DNA of 64,000 nt from an uncultured bacterium (GTDB lineage Bacteria > Hydrothermota > UBA3072), in assembly GCA_964606065.1 (NCBI GenBank), contig CAZSEX010000001.1, positions 112,429 through 176,428 of the forward strand, written 5' to 3'. Shown piece after piece: positions 54,972 through 63,584 of this stretch (positions are counted from its first letter, which is position 1; every line of letters begins with the position of its first letter). The translations under genes were made by a program, and so were the position numbers. A model generated the notes under the pieces. It was not told the origin of the DNA and did not search any database. It saw nothing but the letters and a program-made list of their open reading frames with translations.

Positions 54972-55766
54972 TTGATAAAAAAAAGAGGTTCTTTTTCCTT
55001 AAAAATTATCGTCTTAGGCTCTGGAAGTTGTGTTCCTTCTCATAAAAGATATCCCGCTTCCTATTTTTTTTACCCGTTTAACTCAAATGAAAACTGGCTT
55101 GTCGATATAGGCGAGGGAGCTCTTTTTCGACTGTCGGAAGCTGGTTTATCTTACAAGGAAATAGACAGGATATTTGTAAGCCACACCCACCCCGATCACA
55201 TCGGAGCGCTTGTATCATTACTGCTTGCTTTAAATTACACTCCCGGCTTTAAACGGGAAAAACCTTTATATATATACGGTCCCGAAGACGTCGGCGAATA
55301 TCTTCAAATGCATCTAAAATTTGCTCCTTATTTGAAGAGTAGTTTTCCGATGGAGTTTATTCCGGTCTTACCGGACCATAAAATGGAAATCAAAAACTGT
55401 TTATTGGAGACGAAAAAAATGAAGCATTTTAACCCGACTCTGGGCTATAGATGGGATTTCGGAAGGTGTGCTGTGGTTTATGGAGCTGACGGCGGTTTTT
55501 CGAAAACTCTGATTCAACTTGCTTACGACGCGGATTTTTTGATTCTGGAGAGTTCTTACCCTGCAGAGAAACCTGTGACCGGCCACCTAACAACAAAGGA
55601 GGCGGGGGAGATCGCAAGAGAAGCAAGAGCTAAGCGATTGATGCTAACCCACTTTTATCCTGAAGTTGCGGAGATGGATGTTGGAGACATAAAAAAAGAA
55701 GTAAAATTATCCGGTTACGAAGGAGAAATTATCGCGGCAAAGGATTTAATGACACTACAGGTATAA
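54972..55766 (+). CDS. MBL-fold metallo-hydrolase (RNase Z-like)
   Basis: IIVLGSGSCVPS, VSHTHPDHIGAL, LMLTHFYP. Confidence 0.7.
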   Translation: MIKKRGSFSLKIIVLGSGSCVPSHKRYPASYFFYPFNSNENWLVDIGEGALFRLSEAGLSYKEIDRIFVSHTHPDHIGALVSLLLALNYTPGFKREKPLYIYGPEDVGEYLQMHLKFAPYLKSSFPMEFIPVLPDHKMEIKNCLLETKKMKHFNPTLGYRWDFGRCAVVYGADGGFSKTLIQLAYDADFLILESSYPAEKPVTGHLTTKEAGEIAREARAKRLMLTHFYPEVAEMDVGDIKKEVKLSGYEGEIIAAKDLMTLQV

Positions 55767-55807
55767 ATTTATGAAGGTGTTCGATGTGAAATTGAATGTT
55801 ATTAAAA

Positions 55808-56920
55808 TTAAACGCCTTCGCCCGAGGTGGCTATTTCTATCAATTCGTCCAGTTTTTTCTCAAGGTTGGCGGGTAATCCGCGGATACCCTTCTCCAGGAA
55901 ACCTCTTATCAAAAGAGCTCTCGAGGTTTCTTCGTCGAGTCCTCGCGACATGAGGTAATTAAGCTGCTCTCCGGCGATTTTACCAATTGAAGCCTCATGC
56001 GAAAGTTCTGTATCCATAATATTCGCTTTTAACTCGGGTATTGTATAGACCGAACTTTTATCATCGAGAAGCAAGCCGTTACATTCAGTATGTCCTCTTG
56101 TGTCTTTTTCGTTACCTTCAATGTAAGCTCTGGAGATAACACGACTACTTTTCAGCGCGATTCTGCTTATTATTTCGCAGTTAGCTCCTTTACCATTTAA
56201 AATCCCCCTGGTTCCCATATCAATCGTAGAACCGGATTTTCCATATATAACAGAGCTGAATTTACCCACAGCCCCGTCAGAGAAGTAGGCTACCGGGTTG
56301 CTCTGGATTTTCTTTACCCGGGTTAAAGCAATATAATTCGAAGTGAAAACGGCATCTTTCCCAACATCTGTAGCCGTTCTCGGATATACTACAGTTTCCG
56401 CCCCCCAATCGTGAATCATGGTATAAGTAAGTTCCGCTTTTTCCCGAATAAACATCTCGGTAATGGCGATATGATTTCCCATGGTTACCAGATTGCCTGT
56501 GGCGCAGCCGTTTATAATATTTAACTCTGAAAGCGGTTCAAGAACGATAATATTGTGAAGCACCTGTTTGAATCCCTGATTATGAAGAAAAAAACAGGAT
56601 TGAAAAGGTGCTTCAATTTTGGCTCCTTCTTTAACGTATATAAAACTACCGAGTAACTCTTTCTGAGTTGAAACTTCTCTGGTGTACTCATCCTGTTCTC
56701 TTTTTACAAGAGAAAACATCAGACTCTTTACCCAGTCATATACTTCGACAGCGAAAGAAATGGGCATTACAATAAGGTCTTCTTCATTCGATGAAGACTC
56801 TGCGGTGTTATTGTCGGCGATAAGAAAAGATCCGGATCTTTTTGTTTTCCCTGTTATGTCAAAGCCAACCCGGGTCAGGTTCGCAATCTCTGCTTCTAAA
56901 TTTTTGTCAAGTTTTTTCAC
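55808..56920 (-). CDS. Fe-S cluster assembly protein, SufB/SufD family (short form)
   Basis: SufBD beta-helix core ...YPRTATDVGKDAVFTSNYIALTRV...GHTECNGLLLDDKSSVYTIPEL. Overlaps sufC by 14 nt. Confidence 0.8.
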   Translation of the reverse strand: MKKLDKNLEAEIANLTRVGFDITGKTKRSGSFLIADNNTAESSSNEEDLIVMPISFAVEVYDWVKSLMFSLVKREQDEYTREVSTQKELLGSFIYVKEGAKIEAPFQSCFFLHNQGFKQVLHNIIVLEPLSELNIINGCATGNLVTMGNHIAITEMFIREKAELTYTMIHDWGAETVVYPRTATDVGKDAVFTSNYIALTRVKKIQSNPVAYFSDGAVGKFSSVIYGKSGSTIDMGTRGILNGKGANCEIISRIALKSSRVISRAYIEGNEKDTRGHTECNGLLLDDKSSVYTIPELKANIMDTELSHEASIGKIAGEQLNYLMSRGLDEETSRALLIRGFLEKGIRGLPANLEKKLDELIEIATSGEGV

Positions 56921-57674
56921 CTGTTCGAGATTCCTTAATACATCTTACAAAACCGTATTTTTTTACCTGATCAAAAATATCGAGAGGAGAGCCAAAACAC
57001 TTGACTTTACCGTTCACAATAACATATCCCTTGTCGGCATGTAACTCTTCAAGAATCATTCCCGAATGAGTGACAATTATACCGCTGTTTTTTCTTTCTC
57101 TTATAAGTTTATCTTTTTGCAGTAGTTTTCTGATAATACTCACCATCAATTTTATGTTGTCTACATCTACGCCCGAATCGGGCTCATCAAGCATGACGAG
57201 TTGCGGATTCTGGGCTACAAGTTGCAAAAGCTCATTTTTTCTTCTTTCCCCCCCGGAAAACCCAACATTGATTTCTCTCTCTAAATAATTTTCCATCCCT
57301 GCTTTTCTGGCAACTTCCTCGGGGGCTTTTTCATCCGAAACCATAGCTTTTAAAAGAACTCTGAGAGAAACGCCTTCCACTACAGGAGGATGTTGAAAGG
57401 CGAGTCCTATACCGGCTTTTGCTCTTGCCGTAAGATTCCAATCAAGAATCGAATTACCCCTGAAAAGTATATCCCCTTCTACGACTTTATATTCCGGTAA
57501 TCCCATAATGGCGTTTACCAGTGTGGTTTTTCCCGAACCGTTCGGACCAAAAACGATGTGAGTTTCTCCTTCCTTCACCGTCATGTCGAGTCCCTGAAGA
57601 AGACACTTACCCCCGACTTCAACACCGAGCCTTTTAACTTCTAACAAAACACCCTTATCTTCAGAATCAGACAT
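56907..57674 (-). CDS. sufC: Fe-S cluster assembly ATPase SufC
   Basis: GPNGSGKTT, FSGGERRKNELLQL, MLDEPDSGVDV. Start ATG 57674 (MSDSEDKG) lies 7 nt after a TAAAAT -10 box (leaderless-type); the track's ATG 57722 lies inside the promoter. Confidence 0.9.
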   Translation of the reverse strand: MSDSEDKGVLLEVKRLGVEVGGKCLLQGLDMTVKEGETHIVFGPNGSGKTTLVNAIMGLPEYKVVEGDILFRGNSILDWNLTARAKAGIGLAFQHPPVVEGVSLRVLLKAMVSDEKAPEEVARKAGMENYLEREINVGFSGGERRKNELLQLVAQNPQLVMLDEPDSGVDVDNIKLMVSIIRKLLQKDKLIRERKNSGIIVTHSGMILEELHADKGYVIVNGKVKCFGSPLDIFDQVKKYGFVRCIKESRTGEKT

Positions 57675-57720
57675 ATTGTTAATTTTAGCGTAAAAGGAAT
57701 GGTTGTCAAGAGCCGACCGC
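57675..57720 (-). promoter_or_regulatory. Core promoter TTGACA-N16-TAAAAT abutting the sufC ATG. It shares the 15-mer GGCTCTTGACAACCA with the 51566 gene's upstream region.
   Basis: Minus strand reads ggctcTTGACAaccattccttttacgcTAAAATtaacaatATG. At 51505-51521 the sequence is ggctcTTGACAaccaaattattttatgTATCCT. Confidence 0.5.
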
Positions 57721-57741
57721 AACCTCCAATAGGAACCACAG

Positions 57742-57887
57742 GACTACACTGATTATCACAAGAAAATTGCACCGCAGAGACACAAAGAACGCAAAGATTT
57801 TTACTGTCAATCTGTTTGTCGGGTGGGCTGTTTTTTACCCATCAACACCACTCACGTACTAACACATCAATTAAATTAAGCGATAAC
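57742..57887 (-). repeat. 146-bp dispersed element, copy B (inverted relative to copy A)
   Basis: See copy A. Five differences across 146 bp. Confidence 0.85.
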
Positions 57888-58056
57888 AAATCCTATTCCG
57901 ATACAGCAATCATTCCTTCCGGGACAGGCTCAATAGAATAGAAGTTCTTGCGAAATATTTTCCCATTCCACAGGACAGACAAAGAAGTGGAGTTGACTTG
58001 ACTTTTCATAATAAAACTACTATAATTTTTAATAATATAGGGGATATATTAAAAAA

Positions 58057-60480
58057 ATGAAAAGATGTCTCGTGTTATTTATAGTGTTTTCTTTTTTTTG
58101 TACAACAGTTACACTCCCGGCTATTTTTGCTAATAGCACCAGAACGATAAAAACAGGTATTTATGAAAATGAACCCAAGATATTCACAGATAATGAAAAA
58201 CCTTCCGGTTTCTGGGTGGAACTTTTAAACCATATAGCTTTACGAGAAAATTGGAATATCGAGTGGGTACATGGTACCTGGAATGAATGCCTGCAAAGAT
58301 TGGAGGAAGGTAAAATAGATTTGATGCCGGATGTTGCCTATACAAAGGTGAGAGCAAAAAAATATGCTTTTCAGAACGAAACGGTTTTTATCAGCTGGGC
58401 GAGAGTCTATGTGCCGGTAGGTTCGGGGATTCAATCTTTTCTCGATCTTAATGGTAAAAGAATAGCGGTCTTAAAAGGCAGTGTTAATTATATAGGAATA
58501 GATGGGGTAAAGGAATTAACAGAAAAATTCGGGATCGAATGTATTTTCGTAGAAACAGATAATTATAACGACGTGTTTAAACTATTGGAAAAAAAAGAAG
58601 CTGACGCGGGTGTTGTGAACAAAAATTTTGGCAACTTAAACGAAAAGGAATATAAAGTTAAAAGAACTGCCGTAGTTTTCCAGCCGGCGGATTTAAGATT
58701 TGCTTTTTCGAAAAAAACCGCTTTAACGCCTCTTTTGATTACAAGAACAGACCATAACATTAAAGAGATGAAGGCTAATAAGGGTTCGATATATTATAAT
58801 TTATTGGAAAAACATTTTGAGGGACCGATTACTAAGAAACTTGTAATGCCCTCCTGGGTAAAGGAAACTATGTTCACAATCTGCGGTTTATTATTTTTTC
58901 TTTTGATGGTATCGATAGCATCCGGAATTCAGATCAAGAGAAAGACAAAACAGCTCAAAGAAAGCGAGGAGAGATACAAAACTTTGTTTGAAAATTCCCC
59001 GGAAGGTATACTTGTAGCCGAAGTTAAAAGTAAACGATTTTTATATGCCAACCCTGCGATATGTGATATGTTGGGATATTCTAAGGAGGAATTGCAACAA
59101 ATGGGGGCATATGATATCTATCCGAAAGACTCGGTGAAAGATGTGGTTTCCGATTTCGAGGCTCAGGCGCGCGGGGAGAAAACTTTAGTTCCGCTTGTTC
59201 CCTGTTTACGAAAAGATGGTACAACAATATATACCGATATAGCTACAACTAAGATGAATATACAGGACAGGGAGTGCAACGTGGGTTTCTTTACGGACAA
59301 AACAGATTATAAAAAAGCCGAAGAAGAAAAAGAAAAAATAAATTTACAGTTACTACAGGCACAGAAGATGGAATCTGTGGGTAGGTTGGCGGGAACAATC
59401 GCTCATGATTTTAATAACCTCCTGACAGCGATAATCGGCTACGGCAGTCTCCTCCGGGATGAAATTCCGCCCGGTGATTCTAAACGAGAGATGGTAGAAG
59501 AGATTCTTTTTGCTGCAAATCAGGCGGCAAGACTCACAGGTCAGCTTCTTACCTTTAGTCGGAAAAGTTCGACAGAACTCGAAGTGATGGACTTTAATTC
59601 CGTAGTAAAGGAAGTTAAAGGTATGATCGACCGCTTGATCGGAGAAAATATCGTTTTTTCGAGTGATATCGCGAAAGGTTCAATAAAAATCAAGGGAGAT
59701 ACCACTCAAATAAAACAGGTGATTTTAAACTTGATTGTTAACGCGCGGGACGCGATGCCCAGGGGTGGAGAATTATACATAAAGACAGAAAAAATTGCTA
59801 TTGAAGATAGAGAAACCGATAGAATAACTTATTCTTACCCGGGAGAATTTGTTTGTTTAACAGTTTTGGACACGGGCGAGGGAATGAGTAAGGATAAGCT
59901 GGCGAAAGTATTTGACCCATTCTACACAACAAAAGAAAAGGGAACCGGGCTCGGTTTGTCAGTGGCCCACGAAATTATAAAGAAGCATAATGGTTGGATA
60001 AACGTGGAAAGTGAAGTTTCTAAAGGATCCACATTTAAAGTTTACCTTCCTTTGTGTTATGAAGAAAAAGAAACGAAAAGTAACGAAGTTATTTCTGTCG
60101 AAAAATTACGTGGAAAAGGAGAAACGATACTTGTCGTGGAAGACGAAGAGATTACGCGAGCGTTCATTTTGAAAGTTCTAAGGGAAAACGGATATTTCGT
60201 ATTAGAGGCTGAGTGCCTCGAAGAGGCTAATGAGATTTACGAAGAAAATAAAGATAGGATAAAAATGGTTTTTAGCGACGTTGTTTTGTCGGACGGAAGT
60301 GGTTTGGCATTTGTCGAAAAACTTACCTCTAAAAACGAGAAACTTAAAGTTCTTCTAAGCAGTGGTTATATGGGTAATAAGGCTGAGATTTTACGTGTTG
60401 CCGGAAATAAATTTAACTTTTTAGAAAAACCATACGATGTTTCCCGACTATTGAAAAAAATTAAAGAAATTTTGTCTTGA
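58057..60480 (+). CDS. Hybrid sensor histidine kinase: periplasmic solute-binding-like domain, TM, PAS, HisKA, HATPase and a C-terminal receiver
   Basis: SBP_bac_3-like N-terminus (TIKTGIYENEPKIFTD). PAS ERYKTLFENSPEGILV. H-box AGTIAHDFNNLLTAI. G-box GTGLGLSV. Receiver ILVVEDEE...FSDVVLSDGSG. Confidence 0.9.
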   Translation: MKRCLVLFIVFSFFCTTVTLPAIFANSTRTIKTGIYENEPKIFTDNEKPSGFWVELLNHIALRENWNIEWVHGTWNECLQRLEEGKIDLMPDVAYTKVRAKKYAFQNETVFISWARVYVPVGSGIQSFLDLNGKRIAVLKGSVNYIGIDGVKELTEKFGIECIFVETDNYNDVFKLLEKKEADAGVVNKNFGNLNEKEYKVKRTAVVFQPADLRFAFSKKTALTPLLITRTDHNIKEMKANKGSIYYNLLEKHFEGPITKKLVMPSWVKETMFTICGLLFFLLMVSIASGIQIKRKTKQLKESEERYKTLFENSPEGILVAEVKSKRFLYANPAICDMLGYSKEELQQMGAYDIYPKDSVKDVVSDFEAQARGEKTLVPLVPCLRKDGTTIYTDIATTKMNIQDRECNVGFFTDKTDYKKAEEEKEKINLQLLQAQKMESVGRLAGTIAHDFNNLLTAIIGYGSLLRDEIPPGDSKREMVEEILFAANQAARLTGQLLTFSRKSSTELEVMDFNSVVKEVKGMIDRLIGENIVFSSDIAKGSIKIKGDTTQIKQVILNLIVNARDAMPRGGELYIKTEKIAIEDRETDRITYSYPGEFVCLTVLDTGEGMSKDKLAKVFDPFYTTKEKGTGLGLSVAHEIIKKHNGWINVESEVSKGSTFKVYLPLCYEEKETKSNEVISVEKLRGKGETILVVEDEEITRAFILKVLRENGYFVLEAECLEEANEIYEENKDRIKMVFSDVVLSDGSGLAFVEKLTSKNEKLKVLLSSGYMGNKAEILRVAGNKFNFLEKPYDVSRLLKKIKEILS

Positions 60481-61881
60481 TTATTCTTTTCCCGTCCAGC
60501 AGTATGTGCAAAAATTGTTTTCGTCAAGACCGGTTGCTTTTAACATGTCTTCTAATCGCTGGTATTTAAGTGAGCTTACATTCAGGTCCTTTTCCATTTC
60601 CTTTATCATTAGGGAATATTGCCTGGAATCAGGATCGAGGTAAGGTTCGACATTTTCAATGTGTTTTCCGTGTATTTTTTTGATTATTCTTCTGGCGAAT
60701 AATTCGTCTATTTTTCTCGTGGAGAAAAGATATTTGCATGGAAACATAAGAGCAGGACAGGCGGTTCTCACATGTATTTCTTTTGCTCCTGCATTCCAGA
60801 GTTTAACAAGAAGATAGTTTTTTAATTGGGTCCCCCTTACAATCGAATCTTCGGTTATTATGAGCCTCTGGTTTTTAATCAGAGATTCCGCGGTTATCTG
60901 TTTCATTAACGCTACTAAATCTCTTCTCTCCTGAGTCGGGGGAACATAACTTCTTGCCCACCCCGGAGTATATTTAAGCAGAGGTGTTTTTACAGGCATT
61001 CCCGATTCGTACGAATAGCCAAATGAGTAAGCTGTGCCTGAATCCGCTATTCCCGTGACAAGATCGGCGTCTGTGTTATCATTGCGCGCCATTAGTCTTC
61101 CGGAATCCTCTCTGAACTCTTCTACGTTTTTACCTTCGTATTCCGAAGCGGGGAATCCGGTATAAACGTAGAGAAAAGCGCATAGACGCAGGTCTTTGCC
61201 GGCTTCTTTTAACACTTCTGTTTTGTTCTCGGTCAAGAGCATTACTTCTCCGGGACCGAGAAATTTTTTTGTGGTAAACCCCAGGTTTTTATACGAACAG
61301 GTCTCCGAAACCACAATTTTAGCGCCCTTTTTTTCTCCTAAAACAAGAGGAGTTCTTCCGTATTTATCTCTTGCCGCATACAGCCCTTCTTTTCCTAAAA
61401 GAAGCAAGGACATGGAACCGTCGATACGCGACCGCATATATTTTATTCCATCGATCAGATTTTTTCCTTTGTTAATCAAATTTGCCACCAGTTCTATTTG
61501 GTTTGGGCAACCGTTTACCGTTTCGGAAAATATAGTGCCTTCAGAGGTTAATTCGTTTGCGAGTTCGATTTGGTTGTTAATGAAACCTGTGCCGCAGATA
61601 GAGTATTCTCCGAATTTTAGTCTGAGAATAAGAGGTTGGGTATCCCTGTCGCTTATTACTCCGATACCACAGTGACCTTCCATAAGCGCATAGTCGATAT
61701 CTTCTAAAAATCTTGTTTTGAATTGCGCTTTTTCTATCGTGTGTATTTTTTTCTGCAGCTTTTTCCCGTCGAAGATTGCCAGCCCGCCGTATGAGGTTCC
61801 GAGATGAGAATGATAATCGGTCGCGTAAAAAAGGTCTTCCTTGCATTCTTTTTTTGTAACAATACCAACGATTCCGCCCAT
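60481..61881 (-). CDS. purF: Amidophosphoribosyltransferase (PurF) with Gly replacing the N-terminal catalytic Cys
   Basis: PRTase and Fe-S regions align with B. subtilis PurF (ADLVTGIADSGTAYSFGYS, C-terminal NFCTYCWTGKE). The N-terminus is MGGIVGI (GGC codon) where PurF has MCG/ECG. AGAGAGGA SD 8 nt upstream. Confidence 0.8.
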   Translation of the reverse strand: MGGIVGIVTKKECKEDLFYATDYHSHLGTSYGGLAIFDGKKLQKKIHTIEKAQFKTRFLEDIDYALMEGHCGIGVISDRDTQPLILRLKFGEYSICGTGFINNQIELANELTSEGTIFSETVNGCPNQIELVANLINKGKNLIDGIKYMRSRIDGSMSLLLLGKEGLYAARDKYGRTPLVLGEKKGAKIVVSETCSYKNLGFTTKKFLGPGEVMLLTENKTEVLKEAGKDLRLCAFLYVYTGFPASEYEGKNVEEFREDSGRLMARNDNTDADLVTGIADSGTAYSFGYSYESGMPVKTPLLKYTPGWARSYVPPTQERRDLVALMKQITAESLIKNQRLIITEDSIVRGTQLKNYLLVKLWNAGAKEIHVRTACPALMFPCKYLFSTRKIDELFARRIIKKIHGKHIENVEPYLDPDSRQYSLMIKEMEKDLNVSSLKYQRLEDMLKATGLDENNFCTYCWTGKE

Positions 61882-62115
61882 TTTTTTGTTTTCCTCTCTT
61901 TTAGCATTAAAATGAATTTTTATTCAGCTATATTCAATAATATACAAGAGCTTATTATTTTTGCAAGTACAAAAAATTTGCCGCAAAGTTACAAAATTTT
62001 TAATTCGCAATGTTGGAAACAAACTCCAAAGCTACTTTTAATTCGGGGTTTGTCCCGTGGAAAGCAGGTAAAAGATGGCAAAAGCAACAATTCCAACCCA
62101 TGAAAGACTAAAAAA

Positions 62116-62133
62116 CAGCCCAATCATTCGTTA
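62116..62133 (+). repeat. Short partial copy of the 146-bp element (TAAAAAACAGCCCAATC)
   Basis: Matches 51390-51406 gtaaaaaacagcccaacc. Lies in the purF upstream region. Confidence 0.4.
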
Positions 62134-62291
62134 GAGTCATGTCACAGGGATATTAATCGTGCGAAAAACTCGATATGGACCTTTGCGGATATCCGTTCTG
62201 TATTAAAAAGAGAACTGATTACAAATTTCGGCTTTGGAAAGTATTGATGTCTATGTCGAAGATTCGGTGTATTTAACGATAGAAGGGAATA

Positions 62292-63584
62292 CTAACGGCG
62301 AATTCTCTTCAAAGCTTCATTTAAAAGTTTTATAGCGCAGAATTTTCCGCACATCGAACAGGTCTCCTCGAATTCAGGAGTCGTTTTATATCTTATTTCC
62401 TCGGCTTTTTTAGCGTCTATGACCAGTTTAAATTGCGTTTTCCAGTCCATTTTTTTTCTCGCGAGTGAAATTTCTCTATCCCAATCTTTCGCACCAGGAA
62501 TACCCTTTGCTATATCACCCGCATGAGCGGCTATTCGTGCTGCAATTACACCTTTTTCGACATCTTCCAGGTCGGGTATCCCGAGGTGCTCTGAAGGTGT
62601 AACGTAACAGAGAAAATCGGCTCCGTAAGAAGCCGCCACAGCTCCGCCGATTGCCGAAACAATGTGATCGTAGCCGGGAGCAACGTCTGTAACCAAAGGT
62701 CCCAAAACGTAAAAAGGTGCTCCGTGGCAGACTTTTTTTTCGATTTTAACATTCATTTCGATTTCATTTATTGGGACATGACCGGGACCCTCGATTATGA
62801 CTTGAACATCTCTTTCATGAGCTCTCTTAGTTAATTCTCCGAGAATACTCAACTCATGAAATTGGGCCCTATCGGACGAATCTTCAATGGCGCCTGGGCG
62901 GAATCCGTCTCCCAGAGAAAGGGTTATATCATACTTAGAAGCGATGTCCAGAATTCTATCGAAGTTAGTATATAAAGGGTTTTCTCTTTCGTTGTAAAGC
63001 ATCCAGGTTAAGAGGAATGTTCCACCCCTTGAAACAACGTCCATTATTCTGCTTTGATTTCTGAGACGTTCGAAAGTTTCTATAGTAACTCCGCAGTGAA
63101 GAGTCATAAAGTCTACTCCCTCTTTTGCCTGTTCCTCGATAACTTCGAAGATTTTGTTCTCAGTCATGTGAATTATACCACCATTTTCTTTAACGGCTTC
63201 TATTGCTGCTTGATATACGGGAACTGTACCAAGAGGCACAGATGTTTTTTTCAGGATTTCTTTTCTGATTTTCTTAATGTCTCCTCCGGTAGAAAGATCC
63301 ATTATCGTATCGGCGCCAGCTTTCTCGGCTAAAATAGCTTTTTCTACTTCGAGATTTATGTCGGATTTATCAGTGGAAGTTCCAATATTGGCGTTTACTT
63401 TTGTGGTAAGAGGAAACCCGATTCCTGTCGGCTTTACGCCTTTTCGCTTCTCGTTTTTTGTTATTATTATTTTTCTCTCGAGAATATTTTCAACCAGAAT
63501 ATCGAGATTTATATTTTCCGAATCCGCAACTTTACGAACTATGGAAGGAACCCGTCCCTTTTTCAGTTCGGTAATAATTCCCAA
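62292..63584 (-). CDS. thiC: Phosphomethylpyrimidine synthase
   Basis: 430 aa, GAPFYVLGPLVTDVAPGYDHI, C-terminal CSMCGKFCA cluster motif. Confidence 0.9.
   Translation of the reverse strand: MGIITELKKGRVPSIVRKVADSENINLDILVENILERKIIITKNEKRKGVKPTGIGFPLTTKVNANIGTSTDKSDINLEVEKAILAEKAGADTIMDLSTGGDIKKIRKEILKKTSVPLGTVPVYQAAIEAVKENGGIIHMTENKIFEVIEEQAKEGVDFMTLHCGVTIETFERLRNQSRIMDVVSRGGTFLLTWMLYNERENPLYTNFDRILDIASKYDITLSLGDGFRPGAIEDSSDRAQFHELSILGELTKRAHERDVQVIIEGPGHVPINEIEMNVKIEKKVCHGAPFYVLGPLVTDVAPGYDHIVSAIGGAVAASYGADFLCYVTPSEHLGIPDLEDVEKGVIAARIAAHAGDIAKGIPGAKDWDREISLARKKMDWKTQFKLVIDAKKAEEIRYKTTPEFEETCSMCGKFCAIKLLNEALKRIRR

Noticed and set aside
51344-57887. Composite transposon or IS element delimited by the 146-bp inverted repeats
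   Set aside because: No transposase, integrase or recombinase ORF lies inside or adjacent. The repeats coincide with promoter regions of flanking operons, and partial copies occur elsewhere in promoter positions.
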